The position numbers and the translations under genes are program-made. The notes beneath the pieces were generated by a model, which was not told the DNA's origin, did no database searches, and worked only from the letters and a program-made list of their open reading frames with translations. From NCBI RefSeq assembly GCF_009914755.1, contig NC_060925.1: 64,000 nucleotides of DNA. One strand, given 5' to 3'. Of this stretch, positions 16,301-30,737 are shown one piece after another; the stretch's first letter is position 1; each line of letters starts with the position of its first letter. This stretch comes from the human T2T-CHM13v2.0 reference genome, Homo sapiens.

Positions 16301-17147
16301 AGATTATGAAATGGTCCAGTGAGTAAAAAGGTTTTTCTTTTCTTTCTTATATAAGCTTATTCAAGTCATCCCTTTTTAGACTAGACTGAAGACATCCATT
16401 TTCCCAGCTCCCCAAAATGGCAATGATTTTATTCTAACCGCATCTAACCTTCCAGAAGCACTACTTGTAACATGTTGCCCCACTACTTTCTAACCTACAA
16501 GGGCTGTCAGTTCTTACTTAGTTCTCAGAACTTAGCCTCAGTTTGGCTCTCTTAAGAACCAGTTGGGAGGTCTGTGCAGTACCTTCACACAGTACCAAGT
16601 TTGACACTTTTTCTTCCAAGGACAAGCCATTTCTTACTTTAACGAGTCTAGGCTCCCATGCTGGCCTTCCAGATCAGAGCTTACCTTACCTGCCCAGTAT
16701 TACTCCCCACCACTTCCACTGCATTCTCTGCCCAGTTTATGCCCTCTTTACTGAACAGATCGTCATTGAACTCAGTTCCATTCCTCCATGCATGTCTGTG
16801 CTTCCACTGATTTCTGCCTTCCTCATTACTATCTAAATTCTACCCATTCCTTCAAGGCCCAGTTCACCTCTTGCCTCACCCAGAAAGCTTCCCCTGGAGG
16901 GTTCTGGTCCTCACAGGGCCACCACCCCCTATCCTTGTAACACTCATGACTCTCAATTCAGCACTACATGGTCTTCTAGCTCTCTGCTTTTTCACTTTTA
17001 AGTTCCTGGGATATGGAAAACATTTCGTCTTTTCTGAGTATTTGAAGCAATGCAGTTAAGCAGTTGAAAGCACGGATGCAGAAATCAGACAAATCTGGGT
17101 TTGAATACTAGCTCCACCATTGACTATCTCTGTATCTTCTTTGTGCT

Positions 17148-17546
17148 TGATATAGTTTGGCTATTTTGTCCCTTCCAAATCTCACGTTGAAACGTAATCC
17201 CCAATGTTGAAGGTGGGGCCTACTGGGAGGTGTTCAGGTTATGGGGGCAGATCTCTCATGAATAGCTTGGTGCCCACCCACAGTAATGAGTGAATTCTCG
17301 CTACCATGTGAGCTGGTTGTTTGAAAGAGACTGACATCTCTCTTGCTCCCTCCTCTCTTGCCATGTTACATACCTGCTCCCTCTTCACCTTCAGCCATGA
17401 AAGTTTTTTGGGCCCTCACCAGAAGCAGATGTTGGCTCTAAACTTCTTGTACAATCTGCAAAGCTATTAGCCAAATAAACCTTTTTTCTTTATAAATTAT
17501 TCAGCCTCAGGTATTCCTTTAGAGCAATGCAAAACAGACTAACATA
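17148..17546 (+). mobile_element. MaLR solo LTR (MST-like)
   Basis: Starts tgatatagtttgg...ccaaatctcacgttgaa; ends tataaattattcagcctcaggtattcctttagagcaatgcaaaacagactaaca. Confidence 0.88.
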
Positions 17547-20500
17547 CTTCTTTTAAAAAACTATAGCACTGAAGGCATAAGGAGAAGTGATCCACTAAAG
17601 GTAAAATAAACAATATATGTGAGCAAAAACTCAATTTTAATACAGTTCCACTAATATTTGTCGAGAAACTACTGTCAGCATTGTCCCCTACTAGGCACTG
17701 CATGAAAATTAAGCACAAATAAAACAAACAATCTCTGTCCTCATGGTCCTTACAATCTAATGAGAAGTTGGGAGTAGGGGCAGAGAGAATGTGACCTACC
17801 CAAATGACTCTAAGATAAATACAAACAAAATAAAAATTGCCAATATATACCCTTGGCATACCCTCTTAATACCAATCTTGGAATCACTCCAAAAAGAACT
17901 TTTAAGAAATACAATATGAACCCTTGATGTTTAGCACTAACTGTAACTCAATCCAGACAAGGCTCTTTTATTTATTCAGGTTTATCAGCCCCAATTGTAC
18001 ATAAAAACTGCAAACAACAGAATAAGCTGCCATTGATTTTAACCAGTTCCAGCGCCTCAGAAATTTATTCATTTAAGGATAAGGCTAAGGTATCCAGACT
18101 TGATGGAATCTTCCTTAAAATTTCCTCTAGGCATTTACCTAAGTTTTCCAATGCTTTTCACTATCATACCAGCTACATATCACTGGCTTAAAAGCCTCCC
18201 TTTGTTTTAGGAATCTCTAACATGAGTAATTAAGTCTGTACTTCAGCCAGTGTAATCTGAGCAGCCTTCAATGTGTTTTACTTGTTGCATTAACATGTAA
18301 TCGTTTTAAACTGGCATTACTTGTTGCTTTGTAGCTTCTTCAAATAAGCCTCTGTCGTCTATCTCACATGATTTTTTTCATATCCTTCTCCCTATGTGCA
18401 GTGTGGTATCTGTGCTTAGACCCACTGCTCAATCGGAAGGTATTTTAACGTCTTGACTGTCTGAGGCTCCTAAAATACATGAAGAGGAGTTATACAGGCT
18501 CTTTTAACTTTTTCTTCAATGTTTATGCAAATTTCAAGTAGCAATATTTGAGAGATGAAGTCTGAGTTTACGCCCTAGGATCTTGGCTGTGGTTGGCTGC
18601 TGTTGATTCTGGCACATGGCCTCTGGAAGAGGCTCAGTAAAATGAACAAAGCAAAGTTTTCTAAAATGACTGCCTGCATTATTACCAAAAATAGGAGAAT
18701 TGAGGGCAGACAAGGAGACATCAGGGATTTGCAATAATTCTCATAGCGCCCTGCAATTTCAAACAAAACTTTCTCTAAATTTTGTATTCCATTTTTTGGG
18801 ATCAAGCCATGAAAAAAAAATCCAAACAAACAGAAGAAGTGCGGAAGCTTCAAATCCCAAGTGGTACATTTAAATAAAAACGAAGTGGAGAAACATCTGT
18901 CTTCCTCCTTGAAATTTGTCTTGATTAAAAGGAAAAAAAAAAACAAAAAAAAGCAATAAGAGATAAATCGATTTTGTTTTCCTAATAGTGTTCCAAGGAT
19001 TTATGTGCTCTTTACAGATATTATCATATAGAAAGTGTGTTTTCTACCTAAGAGATGCTAGTATCAGATCCAGATATTAAGAACTGGGCTATAGGGTCAT
19101 AGCAAATTATTACTGCTTTTCAAAAACTGAAAATATACCTTAAGAAAATATAATCAATGATAACAACTTATAAATGAATATTTTTTGTATTACTAATAGA
19201 CTTTTCATACTATAAAAAAATCATTCCAGTTAGCTGATAAATCTAGAATAATTTTTGGTTTTAAAAATTCCAATTTTGTTCTATTTTATAATATTGAACT
19301 TATTGCAAAAAAAATTCATCAGTGTTTGCTGTGCTATATTGAAATCTACTATATACTGTGTAGTTTTTCCTTTTATTTTTCTCTTATTAAAGACTTCAGA
19401 AAAAAATTCAATTTATGCATGGGTTAAATTTCAATACCTGGATCTTGGAGATGAGACTAATGTATTCAGCTCTTCTACATGAAATATAAGGTTTGAAAAA
19501 TCCACAAATACTTACAAATTAGGATGTAGCCAATTTGCTAATAATGATCACCTCTATACCCATGTACATTCTTTTACCTGAAAAATATTTTACCTCCTTT
19601 TCCTTTTTCTCTATCTTGCTAAATTCCTACTATATTTCAAATCACAGATAAAGCATTATTTTCCTGAAGAAGCTCTCAGAGACCCACTGATACAGATGTT
19701 CCTCTTCTGTGCTCCCATTTTATCCTAAGTAGATGTATTATAAGTGCTGGCTCACTCATCTCTCTCTCTCCCACTTCTAGGCAAATTCCATAGAGGCAGT
19801 AACCACAATTGGCTCCTCTTTGTACACCTGGGACCTAAGAAGATGCCTGGACCACAGCAGGTACTCAATACTCAATAAGATATTCAATAAACTAAATATC
19901 TATAATTAAGACAAAACCTAAGAATAAACCCAACCTTCAGCTTGCATGTTTATGTGTGGAATTTCACTTTGTGTAACAAATTAGAAAAGTAAAATAAGAA
20001 AGAACAAAATGCTGCAAATTTCCAGGCCTTTAACAAGGATGAAAAGTTGAGAAAGTAGAATTGTACTTTTCTAATCTTTGCAAAACTGAAACAGTTTTGA
20101 AAGTTCCTTTCTTACCATTTGTTTGAATGAAGATACACTCTCCACTCTTAGCCTCCTATAAATCTTAAGCCATGTGTATTATGGTAAAAACTAGCTGAAA
20201 TAGGTTGAATGGAAGCCAAAATAATTTACATCTAAATGAAAAACAGAAAACAGAGTAATAAAAAAATTCCAACTGAATGGGAAAATTCATTGTATAGTAT
20301 TATCTTCCCCATGAGTAGGTTCACTAATACACATCGGCAGAACAATAAGCACCAACGAGATCCAAATGACACTGACCAACATGATCACAGTTTACATGTC
20401 CAAAAGGTTCAGGATCTCAGTGTAATAAAACCCAACAGAGAGGAAGAAGCTGTATCATATCTAGAAATTTAATTATTCTCTACAAAAACTGCTATATATT

Positions 20501-20649
20501 TGTGTGCTGCTTAGTGGTCAAAGAAAGTGAATATGAAGTGTTATTCCATGTCTTGTCTTATATCTTGTATTATCTGTTCTGTTCCACTATCTGTATTTGT
20601 ACTATTATCAAGACAAATTTTGCCTGTCACCAATTTCCTGTGCTTTTAG

Positions 20650-20944
<295 letters not shown>

Positions 20945-21697
20945 TTAAAGCTTTCTAAAGATTATTTTGTTAAGTACAGCTTAGTTTTTTTAAGTCCTTA
21001 ATTTTAAGTACACGCTTTTAAGTACACTTGCTGGAAAAAAATTTATAAATATATATAATCTTCTTGCTATACACCCAAAAGAAACAACATATTCTTTTAG
21101 CTTAAATTGCTCAGGACACTTTTTAAATGGAGTACACAATTTCTCATGTTTGTTAATTTAGAGGTAGACACCCAAACAGAATGAATAACAAAATTATGTT
21201 AAAAATGAAAATGGAAAAACCTAAGATTGCTACATATTATTATATAAAATCATGGATACTTCCTAAAACAAAACAGGGAAAATCCAAAGAACAACCTCAG
21301 ATTTCCCTACATGCATCCTTCCTCATAGCCTTTTTAAAACATCCTTGGGTGGTAGCAATGAAGGCTACTCACAAGGATGGGGACAGAGGTCATCAGGGAT
21401 ACCATAATCAATGTACTGTGCAAAAATAGTGCAGAGGAGATTGGTTAGTCCTACATAAAGTCCAACTACATGTATGGCTAACTATTCTCAAGTCAGGGTT
21501 CGCAGAAGCTAAGGTCCTAACATTTGGATTATTTTTATATTATTATCTGGATCAAATAATATGCCTTCAGCCAAAATCAAACTCTGTTCACCTGTGAATA
21601 GTATTCCTGTACCCAAATTCCTGTACACATCACTGAGAATTGTCTAAACCCAAGTGCCTCAAAAGGTCCTAAACCCTTGACTCATAGCCAGGATATT

Positions 21698-21822
21698 TCT
21701 TTTATTTTATTATTATACTTTAAGTTTTAGGGTACATGTGCACAACGTGCAGGTTTGTTACATATGTATACATGTGCCATGTTGGTGTGCTGCACCCATT
21801 AACTCGTCATTTAACATTAGGT
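21698..21822 (-). mobile_element. Very short young L1PA 3' end (~125 bp)
   Basis: ttattatactttaagttttagggtacatgtgcacaacgtgcaggtttgttacatatgtatacatgtgcc. Confidence 0.9.
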
Positions 21823-22014
21823 TCTAATAAGCTCAGAAACTAGCACTGTGAGGGAAATATCTAAATATGGAGATTATAAATGCCTATCATTGCCATTTCC
21901 AGAGAACACACCTGAGGCCAAAAACCTTGGAACAGAGGAAAGCAGATAATAGAAAAATATCAAATCTTTATTAAATACCAAAGGGAGAAGAAAACATAAA
22001 ATATAGCCCTAAAC

Positions 22015-22370
<356 letters not shown>

Positions 22371-23091
22371 TTATTTTATTCTCCCTTGCTTTGTTTCTTC
22401 AGACATACAGCTATGTCCCACATCAACACAACTTGGGTCTCCTGGTCAACAGAAAAAAATAATAATGTGTACTTAATGATATTTGATGAGGAGCTGATAA
22501 TCTCAATGTCCAAATCAGTTCCTCTTAAAAACGCCAGTCCTCCAACTCCATCAGCCTTTTGATTACTCATATTCTTTCTTTATTGTAAATGCAAGCAAGA
22601 ATTTATCTTCAAGACTACTCAGATTTCTGCAGAGTTGTAGCAGTCATTTTAATAAAAAAGCAGCTCAACACACTAACAGTCACAATTTGGTTTGCAAGTG
22701 CTCACAATCATTCTATTTGCTCATCCAGTTGTTGCTGGAATGACAAAGACAGCAAAGACAGAAAATTTTGTATATATTAAGTGACCATATTGGAACTTAA
22801 AACTTTCCATGTTTGTGTCTTTAAGCACAGAAGAGAACTCTAGGTTTCTCCATTTGCAGCAACACCTAATTTGGCAAACTCAAAAAGTTACACTGTCTTT
22901 GATAAAGGCTTTCTTTGTTCTAGAGAGGTCAAAAGATTTCTCTCCAGCTTCAGCCTGAAGATCTCGGATCAAAAGAAACAATATAAATTCCAATATATTA
23001 AATTTTAAAATGGGGGGTAAGCCCTAGAAGGGGTATTGGCTTTCTTGAGCCCAGTGCTTCCCTGATTCTCACAAATGAGTAATAAACTGCT

Positions 23092-23260
23092 AAAGAAAGA
23101 GAGAGAGAGAAAAGAAAGAAAAGAAAAGAAAAAAAAGAAAGAAAAAAAGAAAAGAGAGAGAGGAAGGGAAAGGGAAAGAGAGAGGAAGGAAGCAAAAGAA
23201 AGAAAGGAGAGAGAGAAAGGAAAGGAAAGGAAAGGAAAGAAAAGGGAAAGAGAGAAAGAG
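23092..23260 (+). repeat. Purine-only low-complexity tract (GAAA/GA/GGAAA), ~170 bp
   Basis: Almost entirely A/G; one C at 23193. Confidence 0.92.
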
Positions 23261-24549
23261 CAAGCGAGCGAGCGAACGAGCAGATGCCCTGGCCTACCTT
23301 CCATTTCATCTGCTTTGTTGCCACTCCTGTCTGGAAGCCTAAGGGAATTCCACCAGAAGACAGATTCTGGAGCTAGGCAACACCTAAGTGAGGTCTGCTC
23401 CACCTAGCTTCAGCCCAGCTATAATACCATGGTAAGTGCTTGAAAAATGTCAGCCAAGCTAAACTGTTAATGAGCAGGCCCAGTAGTTTTCTATCTTCCT
23501 CCGAGAGAGGATAACCAAGTCTTTAATTTCCCATAAGACAAAAAGAAAATCTGCAAAATTACAGTTTATTCTAGTCTTTAATGGTAACAATGACCTGGCA
23601 CAGGAGATATTTCCATCTCTTTTGTTTATCACTCTTAAAATTCTCTCTTCAATAAAACTCCATTCTACTTTAGGGACATGGGAGTGACACTCATGTTGAA
23701 CAAGAGGGACTTACAAAGGGAGTTTTACCAGTTTCACCACTTCGGGCCCAGTGGGAATGTCCTTCCCATCATCACCTCATCACATTAACAAGATGAAGTC
23801 CTTTGGAAAACCAGTATAAAAGCAAGGAACCCTCAGTTCAAGCAAAGGGACAAAGGATTTAGTAAATGTGGTTATTAGTGTAGTGTTGGTGATTAAGTAA
23901 TATTTCTCCTCCTCCCCACTAAAGCACACATTACCTCACTGAAAATATTAAAACCAATGCATTGTAATCACTTTGGCTATGAGCCTAAATATATGTTACC
24001 ACATAAAGTTTCAAATACAAAGTTTTACATTAAAAAACACTAAATAAATCTAGTATCCTCCCCTCCCCCAATCCAATGTAATCTGGCTTTAAAATTGTTA
24101 AGAAGAACAAGTTTATAAATTTGAGCACAGTGAGTTTTTGTGTGTGCCCACCCACCTCCACGGAAAATACCCCAAAAGCAGCAACCTTCAGAAAATACAA
24201 GACTTTACTCTCAAGGAGTAACTCTAATGTGAGTTCCAGAAGATAGTCAGCCATATCCTAAATCAGTTGGCTGGTCAGTTTCTTCAAGTAAAATGAGAGT
24301 AACAGGCACCTATGCTACCTGAAGATGAAGCTAATAGGGCATCATGAAGAAAAGCAAGGCATCTGATAGTACTCCATACAATATATTTAGGATTAACATC
24401 TCAGCTTCTAATAGGCAGGGATTTTCAGCTGATTTCCATCTACATTCCTCCACCCAAGTCTACAAAGCATTCTATGGCTTGTGTGAACACCTCAGCCAAA
24501 CAAATCAGAAAGTCAGCTCACAACCCTCTATTTCTCACTCCTGAGAAGG

Positions 24550-24730
24550 CTGCTCATAAACAGTGATCTCATTTGATCCCCACAACAACACTATGAGGCA
24601 TGTAAATTGGTATTAGCACCATTTTACACAAGAAACTGCAACTCAAAGAAATAAGGGCCTTGCCCAAAGTCACACAAATCAAGATGTCTGAACCAGGACC
24701 AGAGCGCAAGTCTTTTACCTACTGACCCAA
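24550..24730 (-). mobile_element. MIR
   Basis: tgatctcatttgatccccacaacaacactatgagg...cattttacacaagaaactg...ttgcccaaagtcacaca. Confidence 0.7.
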
Positions 24731-27700
24731 CATTCCTTTCACTCACTACATCTGTAAATACGCAGTTAGAAAAACCTGATATCCACCATAATCTGCAAAC
24801 TTCCATAATATACATTTGTGACTACAACATTCTCAGGTGGGTAACCACCCACATACCAGCTATGCACATCAAAAACATTTACACGAAAGATCAGCTAATG
24901 ACCTGCTTATTAAAACAAAACCAGGACTTGCTTATCAAAAACAAAACCAGGGACAAGAGGGGCTGCCAATGCTGTATCTCAGAACTACCACTCATACACA
25001 TGCCCTAATGACTAACACCCATTGACTAGCATCACCCCTACCTACACAACAAAAGAACCCCACTTTTGAAAACTTGCCAACTCTAGGATTCAACATACTA
25101 CACTATGCATTATTTCTCCAGGAAAAAAAAAAAACTACCCTATGACTGAAATTGTTTAGAATTTTTTCTTTGTAAAATTGACACTGACAAGATACCATCT
25201 CTTCTCAATAATAGAGTAGCAACACAGGAGCAAAAGGAAATTATGGAGTTAGAGATGGAACCAGATCATAAGTATGATATACCCTATCTTGACAAGATTT
25301 TACTCTTAAAAATGAAGGCCCTATTAAAAGTAGGTAACCCATCATCATTTTATCCAAGTACCCATAATTCAATTGATTAGAAATAAATCCCTCCAAGAAC
25401 ACATCTGCAGTTAAGTTAGTGAAAACTGAACTACTGAACAGAGAAGCATGGCCTGCTGCTCAGAGAAGACGGGTCATAACTAATGTGGTAAACCAAAAAT
25501 GCCATAAGAGATAAAGTATTTTCTTCATCTGGTCTGCTTCTCTCCAACTAAAGAAATCAACTCAGAGGGGGAAAAAAGACAAAAACTCACCTTCCCAAAC
25601 CAACAAATAAACTATCCAGACACATACCCTTCATGATGTTGAATCCCAATTTAGGAAACCTCAGACAGCTCAGAGCACTGTCTTATCCACAAGGCTGAGA
25701 ATACAAGACTTTTGTCCTCCAAAATTAAAAGTATAAATTTTATCACTAAGTTTGGTATACTGTCCCACAAAATGCCACCTTATTCCATGTCCATACCACT
25801 AAAGAACTATAGAAAATAATGACATATTAAAAAAGATCACTCCTCTGTTTTCCTTATGGCATTTTTATTATCTGACACATATAGCAAATGTGGATCTTGA
25901 AATGGGAGATAAATTAAAATAAAGTTTTAAACTATAATAAGTCTATAATAAATAATATACTCTATAAATAAATTATCAAAATTCAGGGTATTTGGTGATA
26001 GAAATCTAAGGAGGAAATGAATTTTTGAAATGTCTCAGGCCAAAAGAAAACTAAAAGGCTATAATCAAGAAAGAAAGGAGATGGGCAACTTCTTTTTAGA
26101 GCCCCACTTCCGAAAGAACAGCTGTCTTTGCTCAGCTGTAGGAAAACCACAGGACTTGGAATAACTCACTTCATGTACTGTCCTTCTTATGTTAAAATGA
26201 CACTGTTGACTCACCCTCAGTAGGATATGTGCTTGGTTAAACTTGTTTTTCCAGTAACAGTAATGAACTGAGTTACTCTACTATTGAAATGATTTGCACC
26301 GCCACAACTGAAAAAAATATTTGGAAACACCTACATATCTAGTATGCATGTCCTTGAGTAGTAGGTCTGGTTTGACTATGCAGCCAGAGCTTTATCCTTC
26401 TTCAGAGTCTCTCCACAAATGATGATCAGTGTAACAAAAGAATCTTTCACTGCATTTGCTCAGTGAATCATTGTCTTAGCTAATAGCTAATCCCCACAGT
26501 CCTGGGCTTCCAAAGTCTGAAATGAAATAAACTGTCTAATTTATTTTTCTTACTTTTAGTTACATGTACTGCTCAAATTTGGGTGATACTGCAGAAGGCC
26601 CACACCAAATCCACAACCCTTGCATGCAGCAGTAGCATTCAACAAGGTCCTGTAGGACACTCTGGTAGATTCCCCCTTCTACTGCTCTGTCATTTCTAGC
26701 TTACTTGCTAGTTAAGGTGGAAAGACTTTAAAAAAAAAAAAAAAAAAGGAGCCTTTACCAAGCCCTAACTCTAGCTTATGAACCAAACTAATCATCATAT
26801 GGGTGGGAAGGCTTAATAACTTCAAACAAGGATTTTTACTTATACCAACCCAGACAATGAAAGGGAGGGTTGTTAGTTCTCCTTAGATAAAAAACAGTAT
26901 TCCCTCTTAAGGAGAGATACAACCTAATTCACATATATCTTCTATCTTTATCTTTTCTACCTCAAGTATACAGTTTTTTAATTGAAAATTTTAACTCAAA
27001 AATTATTTTGCAAAGGGATATTTGAAACGTGGGGAGTAAAAGATAAGCTACAAACAAAAGAACAAATATCTTAGACATTAAACTCTTCAATTTACATTCT
27101 GGACCAGTGGTCTGCAAAATTAGGTGTGTGTACCCCAGAAGCAGGGGAGGTGTAAGACCATCCACTGGGGCACTGGAAGAAATTTTAAAACATCTCCATA
27201 TTTATGGGCTAAAAAACATATAAGCTTTACTTAGAGTTAACATATGCATACATGGTTTAATAGCCAGACATTTATATAATGTATAAATATGTATTTACTT
27301 GAGGAAGCGTTCATGCTTTAAAAATGTTTTTCTTGGGGTATACATTTTTTAAGGGTTTGAAGGGTCCTGCTTTACCCCCAGATTTCACAAAGTAGGATAC
27401 ATATGCGCTCAAGAGTATACAGTATGCCAGAAAAATGCAAAGAAACTGGATAAACCTGGTATATCTTCCTGGCATCTCTATTTCACTCACTCTAGGGTAA
27501 GTGACATTCATTCTTCCCTATAATCAGGTGCTTTGGAAGACACCTCTGGCTAACATGTCATTAGGATAAAAGAGGCCACAAAATGATGGCCTGGATTCTG
27601 GGTTCTATGCCTGGCTCTCTATCTTCTAGCCATCTGACCAAGGGCCAATCACTTCGCACTTCCAGGCCTTTCCAGCTCCTTCCTACTCAAATTTTGCGAT

Positions 27701-28650
27701 TCACAAGTTAAGTTTTTCATCCCATCTTTAGTTGCTTCATGGCCCTGCACATGTCATTCTTCTAATTAGAATGTAACAGCCACTCCTCTCCACCAATCTC
27801 AGCCTCCTTTCCGCTCTCCAATGAGGCCTTGACTTTGCATTCCCTCAGCTTCCCATGATCTGTTTATATGATGTGAAAGGGCACTTTCTGGAAGGCTCTG
27901 TAAGTGTTCTCAGGTTATTACCAGTGTCCCCCAGTACTTCTGGACAGACTGTAGAGCTCCTTTGGCTAAAGTGCTAGAGGCAGCATTCTGCATGGGGGAC
28001 CAACATGTATTATCACCTCACCATGCTGAAAATCTACAGCCTGGCCCCTGATCCAAATCAGCAATATACTAATATTAAGGAAAAAGTAACAGAAACCAAA
28101 ATCACCCACCTAATGAAGATATATGATCTAGCAAAAGAAAATGAGGCTGAGAACATCCACAGGTAAGCCAGGCTATGAGGAACATCGCTCTGAACTCAGC
28201 AGGAACAAAATGAGGAACCGGGGAGAGTACAGAGAAGTGTTAACTCACACTGGTAGGATGCCCCTTCTCACTCAAAACAGCTGAGTTCATATCCCAGGCA
28301 TGGCCGCTGTATCAAAATAATTAGTAATTAAACAAGTTAATATATGCAACATGCTTACAGCTTGGCACTGTTAAGATTATTACCCTCTTTCCTTCAAGCA
28401 CAGCAGAACACGAGAAATGTCACATCTTTATCTGCAGACTTTGGGGGATCCAAGGCAGAATTTTCACCTACTCAGAGCAGGCTGAGATTCAACTTCCCTT
28501 TTCAGGTTTCATCGACATCCCTGAAGGTTCCATAGCATATCTGCCATCATGTGGAAAGATAAAATTCAATTCCCAGGCATTCCCAGGTGCACTTCTAAGG
28601 AAGTGGTATGGTGTGAAGAATAAAGCAATGGACCAAGGGCTAAAAAGTCA

Positions 28651-29325
<675 letters not shown>

Positions 29326-29546
29326 GAAAAATTACTTACCTTTCTGAGGCCTACAGTTTGTAATCTGTTTTTAAAAAGTGATTAGATGACATATAGTCCC
29401 ATAGCCAAGAAAATAGTAGCTTACCAACATGTTTTACTGTGACCTACAGTGAGAAATATATCTTGTACCAGACCTCAATATTCACATATATACGTGCATA
29501 GCAAAAACAAAAATTTCAAGAAACAATGCTTGTCCATACTATGTGA

Positions 29547-30019
<473 letters not shown>

Positions 30020-30557
30020 TAACTAGCTGCATAATCTTGGGTAAACTACTAACCTTTCCAAAGTACATCTTTTAAATTAAGACTAATACACCAGGGTTTT
30101 TTCTAAGGATTAGATGAGATAATGTATGTAAAGCACTTAGCCACACTGTGTCTGACATAAAATACACACTCAATAAAAAGTTATAGTGATGACTAATAAC
30201 ATCAATATTATTATTATTAAATTCAAGAATTCCAAAAGAAAGTAAATTAAGTGGAAGAAAGCTAGAAAGAGAAATAGGCTCACCTATAAGCATCAATAAA
30301 CAGTAGGACTGTTGTCAGGTTAACCCAGGACTATGCTCACTGAAATTCTACAAACAAAGGGGTTTTGCTTACTTTCTTCACAATATCCCCTCGCAACTTA
30401 AGCAGTGCCCAGCACACAATAGGTACATATATTTGTTGAATGAATGAAAACATCTGGAGGCTCACCTCTATGCAGTGGAGGTGCTGTGAAGAGATCCCAG
30501 CAACGCCTGCACAGCACCCCTGCCCAAAAATCCAAACACCTTGAGATTGTTGTAAGC

Positions 30558-30737
30558 CAGTGACTCTCAAAGTGTACTTTCCCAAACAGCAGCAGTATTA
30601 CCTGGACGCTTTTTAGAAATGCAATCTACCAGGTCCCGCTCCAGACCTACCAGATCAGAAACTCTGGGGGTGAGCCCAGCAATCTGTATTCTAACAAGTC
30701 CTCCAAAACTTGATGTGCACTCAAGTTTGAAAACCAG
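30558..30737. mobile_element. MER5A-like element
   Basis: cagtgactctcaaagtgt...agaaatgcaa...agacctac...tcagaaactctgggggtgagcccagcaatctgtattctaacaag. Confidence 0.78.

Noticed and set aside
19571-19590. Possible recursive splice site tttttcag|gtaaaa
   Set aside because: Short pyrimidine tract; such motifs are expected by chance in a 39-kb intron.
22998-23407. Lys/Glu/Arg-rich and Phe/Ser/Leu-rich ORFs
   Set aside because: These are translations of the purine low-complexity tract.
24904-24953. Imperfect ~25-bp tandem duplication; similar short repeats at 48589-48616 and 61438-61470
   Set aside because: Two-copy slippage products with no array or spacer structure; not CRISPR-like.
29334-29364. 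Perfect AAG|GTAAGT donor next to the Alu, with a possible 25-nt exon
   Set aside because: The acceptor (tttttaaaaacag) has a poor pyrimidine tract, and the donor lies within the Alu target-site duplication.
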